64,000 nucleotides of DNA, from the sequence record NC_062581.1, one strand, 5' to 3'. Under the pieces are notes generated by a model. That model saw only the letters and a list, made by a program, of their open reading frames with translations. It was not told the DNA's origin and did no database searches. Positions 1 to 10,335 of the stretch are shown piece after piece (position 1 is the stretch's first letter; each line of letters starts with the position of its first letter). The position numbers were made by a program, and so were the translations under genes.

Positions 1-108
1 GGCTTTTATTTTGCTTTATAACTTCATTAGAAGCTCTTCTAGGTAAACCCAGGTATACCCTTCGCTCTCTTCCTTATCCTTCTTTTAAACGATCTACGGG
101 CGCTACAA

Positions 109-465
109 ATGGAAATTCGTAAATGTAAAGAACTTAGCTCACAAGACTTAAGTAATCACTGGTATGAACTGTTAGCTGTGTTAGATCCATACTCAGAATA
201 TCTTAAGTGTAATGATCTAAATGAAGTGAGTATTCGGATGACCACTCCTTCTACTTCTCCTCCTTCAATTGATGTTGAATTGTGTCGTGCCAGTGACCAA
301 GTTGTTTTGGGTTTAAAGTTTAGAATCAGTACCTTTAGTGTCATCAGAACAATTAATCTATTCATTGCACGTCTATCTGAAATAAATCTGGCCTCAATTA
401 ACAATTCTAAGCGGTACAATTGGTCAGCACAACGAGACCTACAAATACTTAATTTAAGAGACTAA
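109..465 (+). CDS. hypothetical protein
   Basis: 118-aa ORF co-oriented with the downstream operon; no clear RBS or motif. Confidence 0.45.
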   Translation: MEIRKCKELSSQDLSNHWYELLAVLDPYSEYLKCNDLNEVSIRMTTPSTSPPSIDVELCRASDQVVLGLKFRISTFSVIRTINLFIARLSEINLASINNSKRYNWSAQRDLQILNLRD

Positions 466-481
466 ATACTGGGTGGCTTAA

Positions 482-886
482 ATGTATACATCTAATACTC
501 CAACAGGACGTAACATGCCTTTTTACATACCAAAACCAGAACCCATTGAAGTCCATCGTTGGTTTAAAAACGGGGATGCTCCAGGGGATGGGGTTATCAA
601 CAATATTAATAGTGGCGCAGTGGTTGCACGACATCACACCTACAGGCACTTTACTGGTGCTCAACTTTGTCCTAAGTGTAACAAACGCATGGCTGACCAT
701 GGTACCATTCAAAAGCGAATGGGTGAACTGGAATTTGTAGTCTGCCCAGGTGATTGGGTACGTATCCATCGAGATGATAAGAAGCGTATATTGGGTTACT
801 CGGTAATAACGGATAAAGTAATTACTGAACGCTATATTAACATGGCTCTACTGCAGCCAAAGCCACAGGAGAAAGTTAAACGATGA
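482..886 (+). CDS. hypothetical phage protein (WFKNGD...CxxC...HG...VCPGDW pattern, possibly metal-binding)
   Basis: 134-aa ORF; stop overlaps next start (ATGA). Confidence 0.7.
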   Translation: MYTSNTPTGRNMPFYIPKPEPIEVHRWFKNGDAPGDGVINNINSGAVVARHHTYRHFTGAQLCPKCNKRMADHGTIQKRMGELEFVVCPGDWVRIHRDDKKRILGYSVITDKVITERYINMALLQPKPQEKVKR

Positions 887-1572
887 ATCCAGTCTACGAT
901 ATTTTCAACGATATTGCCAACAACATGGTAACTGTTGAAAACAAAGAAGAGTTCTTATCTAACACCGTTCGTCTTGTAGGGGCTTCCGGTAAAGAACATG
1001 TATTGTCAATTGCTCAGGCACAACTACTACTGGGCGTGTTGGATGGTTCACACCAATTCTTGACTGATTACAATCCGTTGGAATTCTTGCTCTTTTCTTA
1101 TCAGTTCCAAGACAAGATCAAACTGAAGTATGTAGCGGTACAATACCAGATCATCTACGATGCTGATGATGACTCGATCTTTGTTTCAGGTGTAACACGT
1201 CACCCCATGACGGTAGTTGGTCATCCTGACTACGTTGCAGGAGCTTCTGTCCCCATTGAAACATTCCAAACCACTATCCCTAACGTTGGGTTGTATGGTG
1301 GACTGGCATTGGTCAATTGCATTGCTACACAATCTCCGGATTTTGCACCGGTAAAAGGCAGCTTTGGTGGTTCCTTCATTTTTGAATTTGATGGGGGTAA
1401 ACAATCTATCCGTAGATATGTACCGGCTGAAATTGATGAACCAGTAATCCATAAGGAAGAACTGCAAGAAGCTTTAGACGAAGCGGTAAAGAAGTTTGTT
1501 CCTAGTGCAGCACCAAAAGTTGAATTTAACGGTATTAAAGATACCTCTACCAAAACAGAACAGGAGATTTAA
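883..1572 (+). CDS. hypothetical protein (positional candidate for the gp2/ChmB-type shell-associated protein)
   Basis: 229-aa ORF two genes upstream of DHFR; identity inferred from synteny only. Confidence 0.6.
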   Translation: MNPVYDIFNDIANNMVTVENKEEFLSNTVRLVGASGKEHVLSIAQAQLLLGVLDGSHQFLTDYNPLEFLLFSYQFQDKIKLKYVAVQYQIIYDADDDSIFVSGVTRHPMTVVGHPDYVAGASVPIETFQTTIPNVGLYGGLALVNCIATQSPDFAPVKGSFGGSFIFEFDGGKQSIRRYVPAEIDEPVIHKEELQEALDEAVKKFVPSAAPKVEFNGIKDTSTKTEQEI

Positions 1573-1574
1573 AA

Positions 1575-2273
1575 ATGGGTGATCATGACGCTGATGATGA
1601 ATGTGTTGTAGACGAAGTTCTATCTGTGGTTAAAGCAAAACTAGAAGAAAACAATGAACCGGTTTATGATGGTGGGTTTGCACCAGACCTACACACATTT
1701 CCTCCTTATCAAGCTTTAGACATAATTACAGCACGCGTTGCTGATTTGGTTGAAGCAACCGTTAACCCGGACGGCACACTGCCACGTACCGTTACAATGG
1801 TTATTGATAACAAGATTGTTGAAGTAGATCGTGTTATTGCATCACAGTTTATGCGAGTATTGTTTATTGATCAAAAAGTAGATGATCGACAAGCTCGATG
1901 CTCCAGACTGTTGCAACTATTGAAGAATCGTTTTGGTAACCTTATCCCGCACACTTTCAATGGAAAAGTTACCCGTGTTGAAATGGAAGTGGATGCTGTA
2001 ACGTTAGATATCAAAAGTACTTGGGATGTAACACACCAAGATTCTAACAACAGTGCGGGTATTAGTCTGCCTACTGTTAAACGTTACGTATACGAAGATA
2101 AGTTTTTCCGCATTTCGGAAATGCATCGTTTCATCTGGGAACTGGGCCAAGTCAGTGGTCATGAAATCCGTCATGATGGTGTACTCCCCAATTTCATTGT
2201 TACCATTCTTCCAGAAAGCAGTTCTGTTATTGCATGTAAACTACAAAGTGAACGTAAGGTAATCAGTGAATGA
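1575..2273 (+). CDS. hypothetical protein
   Basis: 232-aa ORF, GGAG RBS upstream, overlaps DHFR start. Confidence 0.7.
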   Translation: MGDHDADDECVVDEVLSVVKAKLEENNEPVYDGGFAPDLHTFPPYQALDIITARVADLVEATVNPDGTLPRTVTMVIDNKIVEVDRVIASQFMRVLFIDQKVDDRQARCSRLLQLLKNRFGNLIPHTFNGKVTRVEMEVDAVTLDIKSTWDVTHQDSNNSAGISLPTVKRYVYEDKFFRISEMHRFIWELGQVSGHEIRHDGVLPNFIVTILPESSSVIACKLQSERKVISE

Positions 2274-2749
2274 AACTTGCTTTAATTGCAGCAATAGGGG
2301 ATGGCGGTGCAATTGGTTATAAAGGTCAAATGCCTTGGAAGTGTTCTAACGATTTAAAACACTTTAAGCAAGTTACCAGTGCAGATGATGCGGCTTTAGT
2401 AATGGGGCGTCGTACTTGGGATTCTTTACCTGAACCCAAATTGCCTGGTCGAGTATGCGTGGTGTTAACTTCACAACCCATTACTGGACGTTGTCTTTCC
2501 GCTAGTAACTTTGATGATGCAATTAAAATGATTGAAGGGTTGGGGCTTAAGAAAACCTTCATCATTGGTGGAAGTCTTTTGTTCAATGAATACTATGAAA
2601 AGTGTGATGAGCTATATCTCACTTACATTGAAGCCCCTATTGAAAATGCTGACACCTTTTTTAACCCAATCATAAAGCCTCAAGTTTGGCGTGCAATAGA
2701 ATCCACAATTCACACGGATTGTCAGATTACTCGTTGGGTAAAACGATAA
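2270..2749 (+). CDS. folA: dihydrofolate reductase
   Basis: Motifs LIAA...IGxxxxMPW, DLKHFK, VMGRRTWDSLP, LPGR, IIGG. Confidence 0.97.
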   Translation: MKLALIAAIGDGGAIGYKGQMPWKCSNDLKHFKQVTSADDAALVMGRRTWDSLPEPKLPGRVCVVLTSQPITGRCLSASNFDDAIKMIEGLGLKKTFIIGGSLLFNEYYEKCDELYLTYIEAPIENADTFFNPIIKPQVWRAIESTIHTDCQITRWVKR

Positions 2750-2755
2750 TGTTTA

Positions 2756-2778
2756 AGGCTCACCTTCGGGTGGGCTTT
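2756..2778 (+). terminator. hairpin terminator
   Basis: GCTCACC-TTCG-GGTGGGC followed by TTTATGCCG. Confidence 0.85.
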
Positions 2779-2787
2779 ATGCCGCGT

Positions 2788-2814
2788 TTTAAACTAATTA
2801 AAGACCTATATTAC
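2788..2814 (+). promoter_or_regulatory. phage early (virion RNAP) promoter
   Basis: TTTAAA...CTATATTAC; TATTAC is the phiKZ-type early consensus. Confidence 0.75.
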
Positions 2815-2867
2815 AGCAGCGCAATATCTATTCCCTATAGACGGGAGCAATAAGACTAAGGAGAGTA

Positions 2868-3173
2868 ATGATGCTGCAAAACCAAAAACCCAGTAAAGCG
2901 ATTCAAGACAACAGTGTACGTGATGAACATCTGTCGTTCCTAGCCCACGTTCTGGCATCTAACGTGGATGATATTAAACAATATCAAAATGGGAATGGTT
3001 TCGGTACATCTGTTGTGGATTCTGATGACCGTGTGTGGTATGTGTATTCCTTAGATGCATCCACCTACCATTTCAAACGTTTCAAAAACTTCCGTCGTGG
3101 GTCTATCCCGAAACAATTTGATGCTGCAGATGAGACAGACATGTCTTTTACTGTTCAGTATCAAGCCAATTAA
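2868..3173 (+). CDS. hypothetical early protein
   Basis: 101-aa ORF, AAGGAG RBS, downstream of early promoter. Confidence 0.75.
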   Translation: MMLQNQKPSKAIQDNSVRDEHLSFLAHVLASNVDDIKQYQNGNGFGTSVVDSDDRVWYVYSLDASTYHFKRFKNFRRGSIPKQFDAADETDMSFTVQYQAN

Positions 3174-3188
3174 TCTTTTTCATATCGA

Positions 3189-3575
3189 GTGATAGATATG
3201 TCGTTAGTAATATTACGAGAGCAGTTTGAAACAGACGTAACCAAGTGTCTGCCAAAAGATTCGGTAGCCCTGCTTCGGAATGAACAAGGGCAATATAAGA
3301 ACAAAAGAACCCAAGCATTGTGGGAAGGCTATATGCTTTACCATAGCGCCAGTTACGATTTGGAAACAACTGAGCGTGTTCGTCCAGTTGGTTCCTACAT
3401 TGTCGGACATGTGGGTAAAACAGGTTTGGTGCATTTCTCCAAAGTTCCACATCGCCACGCTTCCAAGCGTCAAGGAAAAGAAGAAGCCTTGCGTTTGGTA
3501 GAAGAACACAAAAAGAACTTTGGATTATTCCGTTGTATTGAACTGTTCAAATCACCTGTACCCGAAGCAGAATAA
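3189..3575 (+). CDS. hypothetical protein
   Basis: 128-aa ORF ending just before a terminator. Confidence 0.7.
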   Translation: MIDMSLVILREQFETDVTKCLPKDSVALLRNEQGQYKNKRTQALWEGYMLYHSASYDLETTERVRPVGSYIVGHVGKTGLVHFSKVPHRHASKRQGKEEALRLVEEHKKNFGLFRCIELFKSPVPEAE

Positions 3576-3585
3576 CGACATAAAC

Positions 3586-3605
3586 GGCTACCCTTCGGGG
3601 TAGCC
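3586..3605. terminator. bidirectional terminator
   Basis: GGCTACCC-TTCG-GGGTAGCC between convergent genes. Confidence 0.9.
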
Positions 3606-3631
3606 ACTATGCCATATTTTTTTTTGTTTCC

Positions 3632-5788
3632 TTACAGCCCTAATGCACCAGAATAACGATTAGTGCGAACTTTACGGGAACGCTCATCTTTAACCTGACG
3701 GATCATTGCGTCAATACCAACACCAGCTGTTTCATCCAAGTTAACATGTCGAGACAAAGCACGAAGTTTCAATTCAATCTTAGCGGAGATCATTGGGTTC
3801 TTTTCCCCTTTCATCTCTTCAATCAATGCATCAAATTCTTTCTTGGCTTTAGACTCTGTTTCATTACGATAGATTTCAACTTTAGTCAATTGGCGATCAG
3901 ATACCTGCGCCTTAGAAAAGATGATATTCGAGTTGATACCGTAGTAAGACAAGTTCTGTGCTTGGATACATACCCAGTGTGTTAGCAGCATGGAAATAAC
4001 CAAGTCATCGTGATTACCGCGACTGTGGTCAATACGACCATTGCGGATAGTCAGTGCCAAGATTTCTGTGATCAACAAGTTACAGTGAATACGGCGTGAA
4101 CCGTAATCCATAGACGAAGGTAATGCAACCATGTACAGCGAATCACGAGAATACCGACCACTACCCGACGTATTAAAACCAAAGTACCTTTTAAACCGAT
4201 CGTAGAATGTTGGTGACCGAGCTGACATTGGTGTTTGGATATCACGGAACTCTGTTTCCAGAATAGTTGCATCATCAACAATACGGTTAAAGATACGTTT
4301 AAATGGATCAATACCGGATCGATGCAATGCGATGACAATGTAGTCAATGATGGCCATACCCATAGACTTACGTTCAGGAACAAATGTAATGTTGGGATAC
4401 TTAATCAGGATGTTTGCTAAGAAAGCCGATAGCTGTGGAATGTTTGTTTCATTGTAACGACCAGTGGCTACAATGTCATGCGTTTCCACATCGATAATAA
4501 CCATACCTGTAGAGTCATTATCTTTACCCAACAATTCCGATGGATCAAGTCCCATTAAGTAACGACTGTTAGCCATCCGTACTTCCATGTGTTCACGAGA
4601 AATGAACCAACGGATGGTGTAGCCTTCAGGTGTGATTTCCGTCCATACTGGTTCCTTTTCGGATTCTTTAATCCGTTTCTTTTCTTCTTGAGAAATAGGA
4701 GAACCTTCACCACCTACTGTCCAAATATTGAAATAATCTCGGTCAGCGATTTCACCATACTGGGCAGAATCCCTAAGTGTTTTGAAAAGCCATTCGTCTG
4801 TACGACCTAATTGACGGTGGTTAAATGCACCGTAGATAATAGGCTTAAGACCTGAAGATGTTTTCTCAACTACTCGGTGTAAAGTTTGTTGGTCAGCTAA
4901 GTCAAACCAAGCTTCTGTCCAAGGAGCACCACCAGTCAAGAACTTGTGAGCAAACTCACCGTCTCGCGTAGTGATGTTACCAGCAGTTGTAGTGAACACG
5001 TTACCGTAAGGTTGACCTTGTGCAGCAGCTTCTTCGCGGGCAGCAGAACCAGATGCCAGTGCTACTGGCAAAGAGTATTCAATTAAGTTGATGTACGCAA
5101 GTTCGTCGAAGTGCATGATAGGTACGGTCAAACCTCGACCAAGTTTATCCGCTGCAATCTTATCGTTACGACCAACCGAAGATTTATACTTGTTACCCAA
5201 ACGGATACAAGTCATCATGTCTTGGTTGTCAACATCGGTAAAGTCTTTAGTATGGATGTAACCTGGTAAAAGGTCCATCATAATCTTTAGACGTTCAATG
5301 TTAGCATTCTTCAGTTTGGTATCTTTTGTAATCAGGTTGATTACAGTGTTCTCACCCCAGATGTACATCATACCTGTCATTAGTACGTCAGTCGATACTG
5401 ACTTACCTGTTTGACGTGGCTGCAACAACCCAAAGTCTACGTGGTTAAAGAAAGACCAGAACAGTGCAATGTTACCTCGGTTAGCCCGAAACGGAATCGG
5501 GTTGTTACCAGAGGTGGGGGGAATCCGTGCAATCTCTCGAAAGTAATACCAAGGATTATACTTGGCCTCAAACATTACTTTCATCTTAGTAGCGTCATCC
5601 AGATTTGGGTCGTATGGGTCGACACCTGACAGTTCTGGTTGAAACAAGGCTAAACAAAAGTCAGCATTCTTAATGCCCATCTTTTTGTAAAGAGCTACTA
5701 GTTTAAGAAACGATTCGTTCTTAGTTTTAGTATCGGCAATTGCAGAAGGAAAACGATTCCAATCTTCAATATACAAAATTACATTCAT
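3632..5788 (-). CDS. terL: terminase large subunit (phiKZ gp25-like)
   Basis: Walker A PRQTGKS, Walker B MHFDE, nuclease motifs GLDPS and HDDLVIS; 718 aa; synteny. Confidence 0.93.
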   Translation of the reverse strand: MNVILYIEDWNRFPSAIADTKTKNESFLKLVALYKKMGIKNADFCLALFQPELSGVDPYDPNLDDATKMKVMFEAKYNPWYYFREIARIPPTSGNNPIPFRANRGNIALFWSFFNHVDFGLLQPRQTGKSVSTDVLMTGMMYIWGENTVINLITKDTKLKNANIERLKIMMDLLPGYIHTKDFTDVDNQDMMTCIRLGNKYKSSVGRNDKIAADKLGRGLTVPIMHFDELAYINLIEYSLPVALASGSAAREEAAAQGQPYGNVFTTTAGNITTRDGEFAHKFLTGGAPWTEAWFDLADQQTLHRVVEKTSSGLKPIIYGAFNHRQLGRTDEWLFKTLRDSAQYGEIADRDYFNIWTVGGEGSPISQEEKKRIKESEKEPVWTEITPEGYTIRWFISREHMEVRMANSRYLMGLDPSELLGKDNDSTGMVIIDVETHDIVATGRYNETNIPQLSAFLANILIKYPNITFVPERKSMGMAIIDYIVIALHRSGIDPFKRIFNRIVDDATILETEFRDIQTPMSARSPTFYDRFKRYFGFNTSGSGRYSRDSLYMVALPSSMDYGSRRIHCNLLITEILALTIRNGRIDHSRGNHDDLVISMLLTHWVCIQAQNLSYYGINSNIIFSKAQVSDRQLTKVEIYRNETESKAKKEFDALIEEMKGEKNPMISAKIELKLRALSRHVNLDETAGVGIDAMIRQVKDERSRKVRTNRYSGALGL

Positions 5789-5890
5789 TTTTGTTATCCA
5801 TTAATGGTAGGGGGCGTGGGAACGGTATAAAAGATTTCGACCACGTCCCTGCCCAGAAACGTATATAAGTCATAGAATTACGGCATAAAC

Positions 5891-5908
5891 GGCTACCATT
5901 AGGTAGCC
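5891..5908 (-). terminator. hairpin terminator
   Basis: GGCTACC-ATTA-GGTAGCC just after the stop of the upstream minus-strand gene. Confidence 0.75.
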
Positions 5909-5920
5909 GACTATGTTGTG

Positions 5921-7606
5921 TTACACCAACTGTTTCAGTGGAAGAGCGGTCATGGCCAGTTGCAAATCAGTGCCAACTTGACGACGAATCCATTGAATGT
6001 AAACAAGCTCACCATCATTAGTCAGGTCGTTATTTACTTTCAGCACTTCGTTCCATTGTGAAATAGCGTACTCGTAAACGTTGTGCAAGAAATGCACGCG
6101 GAAGTGAGTTGGCTCTGGTGCAATAACTTCAGCATCTGGGTTAATCAGAGGTTCAGCCATGTAGTACAATTTATTCAACCATTGTTCTTTAGTCTGCATG
6201 CCGTTAGCCAGACGAAGGTTCCACTGGTTAGTTTCAATGTACTCAATGTTTGCTTTCAGATCTCGACCATACGCACCAGCTTGATCTGGACGGAACAGTA
6301 CTTCCCAATTAGCTGCACCATTAGAACCGGCTTGCAACAGGGATACTTGAATCGTACTTACAAAGCGAACTGGTTTAAAGATACCGTCAACTTCGTTCAG
6401 GTTCAATGCGTAGGTCAAAGTTTGAACGTAACCATAAGCGGTAGGATCAAATGCTTTAGATGTCATACCAAGTTGGATTTGTGGCGTAACGTTCCAGTAC
6501 CGTTCCCGATCTTGGTTGTACAGCCAGAATTCTAAACGGTAGCCAACAGCTTCGTTTACCCAAACTGGATATACAAACAGTCGACATTCATAAGCACCCT
6601 CAGCAGGGCTAGTTCGTGCAATGTAAGACATTGTAATCTTACGATCGGTAGTAGGATTTAAACCGTACGACACTTCATCATCAGACAACTGATACGTTAG
6701 AGTCATACCAAATTCTTGGCCTACTTCCGTTGCCACGTAGTTACGCAGACCCAGCAGTTCCATTTGACCACCATTGATGGCCTTAGGTTCTTTCTTACCA
6801 TCACGGTAATGAACACGACCAAACATCGGAAGCGATTCAACTGCAACGTTAAGAGGGAATTCAATAACTTTAGGATCAGCAGAACTAATCCACGGCGTAT
6901 CCAGAGCAATACCTTTAACGTATCGCTTAGAAGTATCCGGTTGACGAATAGCTTGCGAGTTCACTACGATCAATTGTGCAATCGACAATTGCTTACCGTT
7001 AGCTGCATATGCAACCAAAGTAACACGATCACCATCTGGCAAAGATACCGAAGTATAACCCGCCATTGGAACCGTAACGCCGTTTTGATAAGTGGTACCT
7101 GGTAGCATCCCAGGCAATACTGCAACTTCAACTGGAATCATTGGCCCTAGGTAATTACCCGAAGCATCGTAGTACTCCGAGATAACTGTACCGTAAGCTT
7201 CACTGATATCACTACCCTTAAAGATTTTGTAACCTTGAACTTCTGTACCATAGAAATGGCAACGTAGATCAGGAGAAAAAGTGTGTGGGGTAACAGTTTG
7301 ATCCAAGAAGATTCGGAACGATTCTGACGTATATCCAGGACCGGTTGCAATCAATACGTTTTCAGGACCATCTGGATCTGGGGAAACAGGTTCTACCCAT
7401 TTCTCCAGCACTGACATACCAGTGGTTTCGTCTACTTCGATAACACGGAACAAGCCTTGATCCCAATCGCGAACAGCATCATTTTTGTTAGGGATAAATT
7501 TATTAGTCTCTCCAGGGAAACTAACAATCTCCGAACGAAGCCATGTCCAGAACCCACGTTCGGGGTCTAAATAGGCTGAACGGGTAAATGGTTCAAAGGT
7601 GGCCAT
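5921..7606 (-). CDS. virion structural protein (phiKZ gp26-like)
   Basis: 561 aa, beta-rich; position between terL and the tail sheath block. Confidence 0.7.
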   Translation of the reverse strand: MATFEPFTRSAYLDPERGFWTWLRSEIVSFPGETNKFIPNKNDAVRDWDQGLFRVIEVDETTGMSVLEKWVEPVSPDPDGPENVLIATGPGYTSESFRIFLDQTVTPHTFSPDLRCHFYGTEVQGYKIFKGSDISEAYGTVISEYYDASGNYLGPMIPVEVAVLPGMLPGTTYQNGVTVPMAGYTSVSLPDGDRVTLVAYAANGKQLSIAQLIVVNSQAIRQPDTSKRYVKGIALDTPWISSADPKVIEFPLNVAVESLPMFGRVHYRDGKKEPKAINGGQMELLGLRNYVATEVGQEFGMTLTYQLSDDEVSYGLNPTTDRKITMSYIARTSPAEGAYECRLFVYPVWVNEAVGYRLEFWLYNQDRERYWNVTPQIQLGMTSKAFDPTAYGYVQTLTYALNLNEVDGIFKPVRFVSTIQVSLLQAGSNGAANWEVLFRPDQAGAYGRDLKANIEYIETNQWNLRLANGMQTKEQWLNKLYYMAEPLINPDAEVIAPEPTHFRVHFLHNVYEYAISQWNEVLKVNNDLTNDGELVYIQWIRRQVGTDLQLAMTALPLKQLV

Positions 7607-7608
7607 CG

Positions 7609-10323
7609 TTAAGTCCTCGTGATGTAAATGGAATGTGAAAGGTCGGGCACTACTCGGAGACCCAACTTCAATACTCTCACAAAGAAGTCATACTGTTGGA
7701 TGTCCAACCCCTGTGCAGTGGTGTGCCAATGCGGGTAGATGATGACGTGGTTCTTATTGTATTCGCGGTTAGACATATCGAAAGGTTTTAACCAATCGTA
7801 CTTCTTAACAGCGTTTGCAATGTCCATGTCAGTGTAACGACCATTCACCAGAGGGGGCTTTAATGTACCAGCCATCAGGTCGTGCAGAATCTTGTTAGCG
7901 TAAGCGCTGTACACGTAGTAATGCCGTTCAATCTTGTCCGATACTGGGCGAGGTTGAGCAGGGAAATATTCCGTCATGTAGTCACTGACTTGTTTATCCC
8001 GAGCATCATCTAATTCACGTGCAGTTTCATCTGGATCGTAAACATCGCGGAAACTAACTTGTGGCGTTTGGATCTGATACGGTGAACCATTACGTTCATC
8101 TGGAATTACCAAGTCAGCAAAGTCTTCATCAAACTTAACGTCTTTGTAATCACGGTAATGGCCGTCTACAACAATCCGCTGCATTTTGTGCGTGTGAACA
8201 TCGTAAGTACCATTAGCAGACAACACACCGTACTCGACAAAACCAAACTCGGTAGGTGCATACATGGTTAGTTGGTCAGAGCAATAACCCGTACCACGAA
8301 TGATAACAGTATTGACCTCATTCAAGAACTCTAAGTTGTTTAGTACAACCTGTGTTTCTTGGAATGTCTTACCTGGAATGATTACGTAATCCAAACCTTC
8401 AATCAGTGACCGGCCATTATACCCATCTTCATCGGCTAGGAAAATATCCAGTTGACCAAATGGGATATCCATAAGTTCATCGGTCTGTTGACCTGACGAC
8501 ATGGACGTATGACGGAAACTAAATCGGATCATCCCATCGCCTTTATTAAAGCGACGAACATCTAAGAAGAATCGATTTGAACGACGAATCAAACCTTGCC
8601 ATGCTGTAGCTGGAACTGTCCAACGGAATACAGGAACATCACCTGTTTCATCTAAGAAACCCCAATCATGCCGATTAGGTAAATCTGTGATGTCTTGCCA
8701 CTCGCCGGTGGGTACACCGCCAAAAACTGGGTTGACATAGATACGGAACTCATAGCCTCCAGGAAGCTCGACTGGGGCTACCCCGTACACACCTTCCAAA
8801 TCTGTGCTACCTACGCCTGTAACGGCTTCTACCCACGCACAGTTGCTATTGCGCACGTAATACCGAGAACCACCTGTGTGATGGAACCATTCAATCAGTA
8901 GACCTGTCGAATCGTATTCAAATACGGTAGCGTTTTCCCAATACACATAAGCCAGGTCAGCAACACGATTGGTTTGATCTTGATAGACCTTAGCCGGGTT
9001 ATTTGCTAACAGATGTGCAGACTCATGATAACCAAAAACATCACCAGCAAAGTTTTGTGCGTCTCGCTTGGCTTGGTTATTTTTATTTGGGTCTTGGAAA
9101 GCAACTGGATAGATCACGTTTGGATCAGCTGACATAAATCGAACATATGCCGCTTGCTCTAGATTAGCCGCTTGCCAAATAGGAATCGAATCTGCACCAG
9201 TCATTGCACGGATAATATCCACATCCGCTAAACGGTAGAGTTCCTGAATGCGAGATGACTCAGCAACAATAGGACGCTCATAACCAGAACGACGATGGAA
9301 CATGCGCACGTACATTGGATCAGAGGTTGCCCATTTATCAGACGTCCAACGTGGATCAGTACCTACCCGTGGATCTTCCGGGTGATTAGCAATCATGGTT
9401 TGCACACGACCTACCGGAATAGACCAATCACGGTGAGTCAGTTGCCGCATCCATTTACCATCATTGTGGTGGTAATGAACACCCGAGTACCGAGACAACG
9501 CATTATTGTTTTTACACAAGAACACCGCAATGTCATCATGAAACTCAATAGTACTAACACCCACATTCTTAGGTGTGTGAATTAGATACTTGTTAGCTTT
9601 GTCTAGCGTCGATGTAAATGTAGGGCACCCTAACAACGGATATTGTGTAACACGATAGATCGAACTATCTAGTACCCACTCACAGTAATCACCCACACTG
9701 GCCGTAACAAGAGAGATCTCTTGTACTAACCGACCATTTACCCAACACAGTGGATAACCACCTTTAAGAGCCAACAGGTCCTGCATCTTAATTTGAAACT
9801 GACGCAGTTCAGCTGTTGTCTTAGGGCGGATGGAATAGGCTTCAATGAAGTTCCGATCTGTTCCATTAGAACGTTTGCTTTGAAAGAAAGCATTTTGATA
9901 AAAATGGATGTACGGTTGTGTTTCGTCTAGATCTGGAAATAAAGGAAGAATCTTTACTGCCACTAGTAAGTTTTGACTAGGGGTTAACAACACCCAAGTC
10001 TGAGACCGAGAGAATTGAATCCCACTGTCCACATAGACTTCGCCTAACATCTTTTGATTAATGGCTAAGTCCTGCAAAGACATCCATTGGTTGTAAACCT
10101 TGGGTAAAGCCAAATGGGATGGAACCACTTGACCTATTTGATACACGTGGAACCAATCCCGTTCGGACTCATAAGGCAGGTTGTATCGCTGTGCATCAAT
10201 CACGTAGTAACGACGTGTGCCGTACTTTGGTGTGAGTTGACGTAGCTGATAAACAAACTGCCGATCTTGTCCGAGGTTACACCAAACGTTATCAATCGCA
10301 TAACGCAACAGATAGTCGTTCAT
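7609..10323 (-). CDS. virion structural protein, probable baseplate/tail (phiKZ gp27-like)
   Basis: 904 aa; starts MNDYLLRYAIDNVWC; synteny. Confidence 0.72.
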   Translation of the reverse strand: MNDYLLRYAIDNVWCNLGQDRQFVYQLRQLTPKYGTRRYYVIDAQRYNLPYESERDWFHVYQIGQVVPSHLALPKVYNQWMSLQDLAINQKMLGEVYVDSGIQFSRSQTWVLLTPSQNLLVAVKILPLFPDLDETQPYIHFYQNAFFQSKRSNGTDRNFIEAYSIRPKTTAELRQFQIKMQDLLALKGGYPLCWVNGRLVQEISLVTASVGDYCEWVLDSSIYRVTQYPLLGCPTFTSTLDKANKYLIHTPKNVGVSTIEFHDDIAVFLCKNNNALSRYSGVHYHHNDGKWMRQLTHRDWSIPVGRVQTMIANHPEDPRVGTDPRWTSDKWATSDPMYVRMFHRRSGYERPIVAESSRIQELYRLADVDIIRAMTGADSIPIWQAANLEQAAYVRFMSADPNVIYPVAFQDPNKNNQAKRDAQNFAGDVFGYHESAHLLANNPAKVYQDQTNRVADLAYVYWENATVFEYDSTGLLIEWFHHTGGSRYYVRNSNCAWVEAVTGVGSTDLEGVYGVAPVELPGGYEFRIYVNPVFGGVPTGEWQDITDLPNRHDWGFLDETGDVPVFRWTVPATAWQGLIRRSNRFFLDVRRFNKGDGMIRFSFRHTSMSSGQQTDELMDIPFGQLDIFLADEDGYNGRSLIEGLDYVIIPGKTFQETQVVLNNLEFLNEVNTVIIRGTGYCSDQLTMYAPTEFGFVEYGVLSANGTYDVHTHKMQRIVVDGHYRDYKDVKFDEDFADLVIPDERNGSPYQIQTPQVSFRDVYDPDETARELDDARDKQVSDYMTEYFPAQPRPVSDKIERHYYVYSAYANKILHDLMAGTLKPPLVNGRYTDMDIANAVKKYDWLKPFDMSNREYNKNHVIIYPHWHTTAQGLDIQQYDFFVRVLKLGLRVVPDLSHSIYITRT

Positions 10324-10335
10324 TGTTGTCCCCTA

